From positions 1,570,100 to 1,634,099 of the forward strand of contig CP070695.1 of assembly GCA_020353515.1 (NCBI GenBank): a stretch of DNA of 64,000 bases, given 5' to 3'. Position 1 is the stretch's first letter; each line of letters begins with the position of its first letter. This DNA is from Candidatus Heimdallarchaeota archaeon (GTDB lineage Archaea > Asgardarchaeota > Heimdallarchaeia > Hodarchaeales > Hodarchaeaceae). This document shows, piece after piece, positions 58,543 through 64,000 of this stretch. The notes under the pieces are model-generated. The model searched no databases. It saw only the letters and a list, made by a program, of their open reading frames with translations, and was not told the origin of the DNA. A program made the position numbers and the translations under genes.

Positions 58543-59607
58543 ATGGTTGATGAACGTAGTTCTGTGTACCTCCACGGAGGAATGTCTTCTGAAGCTAACA
58601 TCCAGAGGGACTATTATGAAAAAGGGTTAATATATACAGTCCAGATTGAATTGACATTGAGGTGTTCTCAGGGATGTTCCTATTGCTATGCCAATTCTAG
58701 GCCAGATAGTCCCAGTGGTTTTCCTATTGATGACATCAAGAGAATTTTAGATGATGCCTCGGAGATTAAGGTCCGATGTATTGATTGGTTAGGCGGGGAT
58801 CCCTTAGTTCGATCTGATTGGTATGATATTATGCAATATTCATATCATAAAGGCTTAATTAATAATATTTGGACTTCTGGTTTACCTTTGAAAAACAAAG
58901 AAATAGCCAAAAAAGCAGTTGAAGTGACTCAAAATGGGGGATTTATATCTGTTCATTTAGATTCTCTCAACCCTGAAATTTACAAACAAGTGCATAAAGC
59001 ACGTATTGAGGAGAATATCTCTGCTATTCTTCAAGGAGTGGACAATATCCTATCTTTAGGCAAATCTCCAGATGAAATATGGAATTGTATAACTCTTACA
59101 AAACCTGTAGCAAGTACGGATGTTTTTAAGACCATGGAATGGTTTTGGAATAAAAAACAAATTCGTACAGTTCTAACTCTCTTTAATCCAGTTGCTGACT
59201 CTGATTCTAGGGGTTTTGAACCTTCGATTGAATTGATTCAGAAGGCTTACAAAGGAAGAGATGAATTAATGTACCAAGATGATACTAGCTTTTCTACAAT
59301 GGACGTCAATAAGTTCTATTGTGGATCAATGATCTGTATTACGAGCGATGGTAATTATACTCCATGTTCTGTCATTCGGACAACAGAATTTGGGAATTAT
59401 AAGTCACTAAGTCTTAAAGATATCCTTAAAGAAAACCCTGGGGATATTCTAATGATGAAATTAAGAAATCCCGAAAATCTTCCAGCCCCGTGTTCTGATT
59501 GCGAGCAAAATGAGGTCTGTTTTGGGTGTCGGTCTTCAGCATTTTATTACTCTGGAGACATGTTTGGTTGTGACCCGAAATGTGCTAAATGTCACCCGAA
59601 CCTATAG
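58543..59607 (+). CDS. Radical SAM/SPASM domain protein
   Basis: CSQGCSYC, GGDP, C...DG..PC and CxxC-x5-C-x2-C SPASM cysteines. Confidence 0.92.
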   Translation: MVDERSSVYLHGGMSSEANIQRDYYEKGLIYTVQIELTLRCSQGCSYCYANSRPDSPSGFPIDDIKRILDDASEIKVRCIDWLGGDPLVRSDWYDIMQYSYHKGLINNIWTSGLPLKNKEIAKKAVEVTQNGGFISVHLDSLNPEIYKQVHKARIEENISAILQGVDNILSLGKSPDEIWNCITLTKPVASTDVFKTMEWFWNKKQIRTVLTLFNPVADSDSRGFEPSIELIQKAYKGRDELMYQDDTSFSTMDVNKFYCGSMICITSDGNYTPCSVIRTTEFGNYKSLSLKDILKENPGDILMMKLRNPENLPAPCSDCEQNEVCFGCRSSAFYYSGDMFGCDPKCAKCHPNL

Positions 59608-60273
59608 TAAAGATGGTTGTTTTATACATAAGAAAAAACCTAGGTCTCCCAAGAACTTAAATTCGCGAAGAATTAGAAAATTCGCAGCCAAAAGGCCTTT
59701 GGTGAACATATCCCAAGAAAATCGTCCTTTTTTTGGGTGCTTTATTTTCAAATATCGTTCGAACCAGCCCAAGGACCTGTCATTAATTTCATTAATAAAT
59801 AATAAACCTTTAGGTTTTAATACTCTGTTAATTTCTCTTAACGCGAATTGCCAACCTTCAACATGGTGGAGAACAGTGAAAATAAAGACTGCATCAAATC
59901 TATTTGAAGGAAGTTTAGTTTTCTTTACATCTCCTAAAAATAGATGAACTGGTAAATTTTTCTTTTTTACTTTAGCAGCTGAATGTAAGACCATTCTAGG
60001 ATTTTTATCAAAAACATAGTACTCTTTAGGTCGGAAATTTTTATAAATTTGTTCTATTCCATATCCAGCACCACATCCCACCTCTAAGATACTTTTCCCA
60101 CTCAAATCGATATTAATAGACTTTATAAAAGATTTAAAGACTTTTAATTCAAAAAAAGTAAGCATTAACTTCTTGAAAGGACTAACCATTAATTTTTCTT
60201 CTAAATAATGTAGATTAAAACTTTTTTTTTGGTTTTTGTTAAATTTTTTTTTATTAATGCCTTCAAAGTTCAA
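59602..60273 (-). CDS. Class I SAM-dependent methyltransferase (UbiE-like)
   Basis: LEVGCGAG, FDAVF, VLHH, RVLKPKG. Confidence 0.88.
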   Translation of the reverse strand: MNFEGINKKKFNKNQKKSFNLHYLEEKLMVSPFKKLMLTFFELKVFKSFIKSINIDLSGKSILEVGCGAGYGIEQIYKNFRPKEYYVFDKNPRMVLHSAAKVKKKNLPVHLFLGDVKKTKLPSNRFDAVFIFTVLHHVEGWQFALREINRVLKPKGLLFINEINDRSLGWFERYLKIKHPKKGRFSWDMFTKGLLAANFLILREFKFLGDLGFFLCIKQPSLL

Positions 60274-60488
60274 TTTGGGTTATTCTCCTGATAGAGAACA
60301 AAAAAATAGTTTGATCTATGTGGTTTAGGTTTCATTTTAATTCTTACTTGAGTGAAATAATGAGATTACGATTAAATGATCGAAAATGTGTAAAGATTAA
60401 AAGTGTTCCAAGAATCATGATTTTTCTAAAGAATACTAAAATTAACAGGTTTTTTTAAAATCGAAGTTATTATTCAAAGGTGTAATAA

Positions 60489-61250
60489 ATGGCTACTAAT
60501 TTAGAGAGCGTTAATACGGAAAAAGAAGTATCAACAAACCAAAAATTATTTGGTTTAGTAAGGCTAGCTAGGCCCCAATTTCTCTTGGCTTATCTGATTG
60601 TTGGAGTGGGCGGATTGGTTGTTGGAGCTCAGCAAGGATTTAACATTGATTTATTTATCGCTATATATTCTATAGTAATTGTTCTCATTTCAGCAGTTGG
60701 TGTACATTATCGTGATGAAGCAGGGGATTGGGCTGCAGGGTATGATATCGAATATGGTGGAATGGGAGTCATTCGAGAAGGGACATTGAATGAAAATACT
60801 GTTCGACTCTTGGGTCGAATCATCAGTGTTATTACTATAATATTGGCGATCATACAAGCCTCTTATCTCTTTTTATCAAAAGGTCAACCAGCGTTACTTA
60901 TTATTGGTGTACCCATATTTTTTATGATAGTCTTTGTTAATTACTTAACTGAGGAGATCCCTCTTGGACATGAAATCATCACAGCGGGTTCTTACCTTGC
61001 AACTTTTTATTGGATATACTTAGCTCAACAATGGAACATCATAACATCCGTGTTGTTTTTCTCCGTTTTTGTGTACTTGATTGTTTTCGCTCTAATCCCT
61101 TATCAAGACATTGGAGATATAGAAGTAGATACTAAAACTGGTAAGAAAACATTGACTCGAAAACTAGGAATTGATGGTGTTGGTCAACTGTCAATAATTA
61201 TAGGCTTAATCTCATTAGTGTTCCTATATCTTTCAATATTAAATAAGTAG
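60489..61250 (+). CDS. UbiA family prenyltransferase (MenA-like)
   Basis: LARP, HYRDEAGD, QDIGDIEVD..GKKTL. Confidence 0.8.
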   Translation: MATNLESVNTEKEVSTNQKLFGLVRLARPQFLLAYLIVGVGGLVVGAQQGFNIDLFIAIYSIVIVLISAVGVHYRDEAGDWAAGYDIEYGGMGVIREGTLNENTVRLLGRIISVITIILAIIQASYLFLSKGQPALLIIGVPIFFMIVFVNYLTEEIPLGHEIITAGSYLATFYWIYLAQQWNIITSVLFFSVFVYLIVFALIPYQDIGDIEVDTKTGKKTLTRKLGIDGVGQLSIIIGLISLVFLYLSILNK

Positions 61251-61291
61251 AACTCATCGAAATTGTTTATTCATTTTATGAGGACAAGACT

Positions 61292-61870
61292 ATGAATAAG
61301 GAAATAAAATACGAAATTTGTCGTGTATGCGGATATGTCCGTCCTGTTGGCAAAGGAGGAAGGTGCCCTGCTTGTGGTGTTCGTGATACAGCTTTTGTTC
61401 CGTTTCAGCATAAAGCCTCCTTTAATCGACGAACTTTTCTTAAGCTAGATGTACATCCTGTTGCAGTTCATTTTACAATAAGTTACACTGCTGTATCAGC
61501 TTTCCTATTCTTTCTAATGCTATTTACAGACGAATTGCTAGGGGTTTCTATTCAAGGTATTTTCGATCTTCAAATTACCTTTCTTCCATTATTAATTGCA
61601 TTTGGGGGAATTACTGGCCTTATTGATGGGAAGATTAGATTCAGAAAAATCAAAACACCATACCTCTTAAGAAAAATAGTACTGGGGTGCGTTCTCTTGG
61701 CGATTTCTATAATTCTATTACTTTTTCATATTATTAGTCAAGGGGAAGTTACTTTTCTTTTAATTGAAGGTATTTTAATATCAGTTGCTTTCATAATCGC
61801 AAGTTATCTCGGATGGATCGGTGCTGAGTTAATCTGTCCGATTGTACCAATGGGAAAAATAGAATCTTAG
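61292..61870 (+). CDS. Rubredoxin-like domain fused to a DUF2231-like membrane domain
   Basis: CRVCGY..CPACG; HPVAVHF; about 4 TM. Confidence 0.75.
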   Translation: MNKEIKYEICRVCGYVRPVGKGGRCPACGVRDTAFVPFQHKASFNRRTFLKLDVHPVAVHFTISYTAVSAFLFFLMLFTDELLGVSIQGIFDLQITFLPLLIAFGGITGLIDGKIRFRKIKTPYLLRKIVLGCVLLAISIILLLFHIISQGEVTFLLIEGILISVAFIIASYLGWIGAELICPIVPMGKIES

Positions 61871-61918
61871 TTAAAACGTCATTTTTTTCAGAGATCTGGC
61901 TTTAAGAGGTGGACATAT

Positions 61919-63166
61919 ATGAGTGAAAGTATAATTAACGTATATGGAGCGAATTGGTGTTCGGATTGTCGTCGCACAAAAAAATACTTAGGTGAGCAGC
62001 GTATTCATTACAGATGGTTCGACATAGAGCTTGAAACACCTGAAGGAAAAGCTAGCTATGATTTCGTATTATCCTCAAATGAAAAAGTTTCTGGAAAGCC
62101 AAAACGAAAAATTCCTGTGGTTGAAATCATTGAAGGAAATTCAAAAGACATTTTGATTGAGCCCAGTAATTATGAATTAGCAGAAAGATTGGACTTGGCA
62201 ACGAAAGCAACTAAAGACTTTTATCATGCAATAATCATTGGTGCTGGACCTGCTGGGTTAACTGCAGCTATTTATCTCGCGCGGGATGGGTATGATGTTC
62301 TGGTTATTGAACAATCCACCGTTGGTGGTCAGGCTTTCATCACAAATAAATTAGATAATTTCCCTGGATTTCCTGAGGGGATCACTGGATCTGAGTTTGC
62401 AACTAATGTCAGGAGACAAGCAGAACGATTTGGAGTTGAGATCCTTGTTCCTGAAAAAGTTATCAATATTACTCCTTGTCATGAAAACGGTTCTTTCGAA
62501 AAATGTACATATAAGATTGTGCGAACTAAAAGTGGGAAAGAATTCACATGTCTTGTGGCGTTAATAGCAACAGGTAGTAAGTACCGCAAGTTATCAAATA
62601 TTCCTGGATATGATAATCTTCTCGGAATAAATATACATTATTGTGCAACGTGTGATGGATTTTTCTATAAAGATAAACGAATTTTTGTTATCGGGGGAGG
62701 AAATTCTGCTTTTGAGGAGTCTTTATTTCTTAAGAGTAGATTTGTAAAAGAGGTCACGATATTAATTCGCAGGAATGAACCTAGTGCAACAAAGTTATTA
62801 CAGGAAAAGATTCAAGATGCAGAAGGAATTAATGTCTGGTTGAATAGTGAGATAGTTGAACTCATTGGTGAGAATAAACTAAAATCGGTTGTTGTACAAC
62901 ATACAGACCGAGGAGAAGTGAAAGAATATCATCCAGATGGAATTTTTGTTTTTATCGGTCTTTCTCCAAACACTGAATTCGTCGCAAAAGGATTAGAGCT
63001 TGATGAATCGAATTTTATTATTACTGATGGTCAGCTTCAATCCTCTGTTCATGGGATATTCGCAGCTGGAGACTGTCGCAAAGGGTCATTAAAACAAGCT
63101 GTTGCTTCTGCTGGTGAGGGTGCTACAGCTGCATTAATGATGAGAAATTATTTGGATGAGAACTGA
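61919..63166 (+). CDS. trxB: Thioredoxin reductase with N-terminal glutaredoxin-like domain
   Basis: WCSDC domain; IGAGPAG, YCATCDG, IGGGNSA, FAAGD. Confidence 0.9.
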   Translation: MSESIINVYGANWCSDCRRTKKYLGEQRIHYRWFDIELETPEGKASYDFVLSSNEKVSGKPKRKIPVVEIIEGNSKDILIEPSNYELAERLDLATKATKDFYHAIIIGAGPAGLTAAIYLARDGYDVLVIEQSTVGGQAFITNKLDNFPGFPEGITGSEFATNVRRQAERFGVEILVPEKVINITPCHENGSFEKCTYKIVRTKSGKEFTCLVALIATGSKYRKLSNIPGYDNLLGINIHYCATCDGFFYKDKRIFVIGGGNSAFEESLFLKSRFVKEVTILIRRNEPSATKLLQEKIQDAEGINVWLNSEIVELIGENKLKSVVVQHTDRGEVKEYHPDGIFVFIGLSPNTEFVAKGLELDESNFIITDGQLQSSVHGIFAAGDCRKGSLKQAVASAGEGATAALMMRNYLDEN

Positions 63167-63187
63167 CGTAAAAACATTCCTCAACTT

Positions 63188-64000
63188 TCATGTTATGTTT
63201 TGAGGAATTTCCCCAGAACGTTTGAGTGCTTGTTTTAATAATAAGGGGCCAAGGATTTCTGCAATTAGAACATTAACAGCAACAATATCTAAAATTAATA
63301 TTGCTACTTCTTCCATACCAACTGCCATGAGTCGAGTAAAAGCTAGCGCTGCTAGTCCTAGAGCCACGCCTGCTTGAGAAAGTAAGGCGAGAGGGATATT
63401 ATTTGTTACTTTCGCTGGCATTTTCGCGATATAAGCAGGACCATAAGAGCCAACTGTTTTTCCGATTGTTCTCAAGAAAAAATAGAGTAATATTACTACT
63501 AAGATAGGTGAGACTAATAATCCTAAATCCATTTCATAACCTACCAATATAAAGAATAAAGCTATTATCGGTACTGCTAATTGTTCTACCCCTCTAACAC
63601 ATTCTTTGTTTTCACATCTAGCCATTATTGTTAGTGTTAAACCAAAAACGATGCAGCTTAAAATGACAGAAAGATGCAATAGCCCAGATAGTGCAATACA
63701 AATTAAAACAGATGGAAAAACGAACTCTGCTGATTGATATGCTTCCACTCCTTCAATATGAAAAGGTTTCATAAATAAAGCAAGGATAATTCCTAATATG
63801 ACAGAACCCCCAATTTCAATTATCAAGGGTATCGATATCTCAATTAATGATAGGGTTACTCCAGAATATACAGACTCAGCAAAAGAAAGAGCAACACTGA
63901 AGAAAATAATGGTTAATATATCATCAAAAGCGATAAGAAATAGAATAGTTTGACTCAAAGAGCCATAGGATTTGTACTCACGAATCACTTCCGCTGTGGA
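63188..64000 (-). CDS. Cation:proton antiporter (CPA family), 5' partial
   Basis: AFDD motif, LLSQAGVALG, EILGP; frame open to the window edge. Confidence 0.85.
   Translation of the reverse strand, partial: STAEVIREYKSYGSLSQTILFLIAFDDILTIIFFSVALSFAESVYSGVTLSLIEISIPLIIEIGGSVILGIILALFMKPFHIEGVEAYQSAEFVFPSVLICIALSGLLHLSVILSCIVFGLTLTIMARCENKECVRGVEQLAVPIIALFFILVGYEMDLGLLVSPILVVILLYFFLRTIGKTVGSYGPAYIAKMPAKVTNNIPLALLSQAGVALGLAALAFTRLMAVGMEEVAILILDIVAVNVLIAEILGPLLLKQALKRSGEIPQNIT

Noticed and set aside
210-59947. Short overlapping or antisense ORFs in the track (e.g. 210..419, 3953..4315, 19857..20228, 45999..46397, 59510..59947)
   Set aside because: They overlap well-supported genes and have no recognisable motifs.
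1-64000. Selenoproteins or SECIS elements, which are known in some Asgard archaea
   Set aside because: The redox active sites I checked (Prx, Grx, TrxR, FTR, CCG) use Cys, and I saw no ORF broken by an in-frame TGA. The 19746 hairpin lacks SECIS features.
1-64000. CRISPR arrays, transposases/integrases, rRNA or tRNA genes
   Set aside because: No spaced repeats, mobile-element ORFs or GC-rich structural RNA segments were seen by eye.

Overview
AT-rich archaeal DNA, most likely an Asgard archaeon of the Heimdallarchaeia/Hodarchaeales type. This is inferred from a longin-like ORF, S/T-linker + xGF + TM + basic C-terminal sorting tails, GAGGTGA Shine-Dalgarno sites, and TrmB/Lrp regulators. The window is a redox, heme and stress region. 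About 2-33 kb holds a heme block: three heme o synthase (cyoE/ctaB) paralogs, each behind an unnamed membrane protein. One partner is a 12-TM protein with a heme-copper-oxidase-like His layout but no CuB motifs. The block also has a variant System I* cytochrome c maturation operon (ccmF-E-C-D-A-B, with a CcmD missed by the ORF track and a His-to-Met change in CcmC), a surface multiheme cytochrome c with CCH, CX3CH and CXXCM motifs, two CCGH-Ig surface proteins, FTR1, and a DOMON/cytochrome b pair between two SufR-like regulators. About 37-48.5 kb is an oxidative/nitrosative stress cluster (Prx, FprA, rubredoxin, Grx/FTR, NROR, SOR, ferritins, rubrerythrin, LrpA pseudogene). About 48.5-59.6 kb combines persulfide/thiosulfate handling, glycosyltransferases, a methyltransferase and a radical SAM enzyme. 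No rRNA, tRNA, CRISPR array or mobile element was seen. All calls come from motif recognition by eye; no searches were run.
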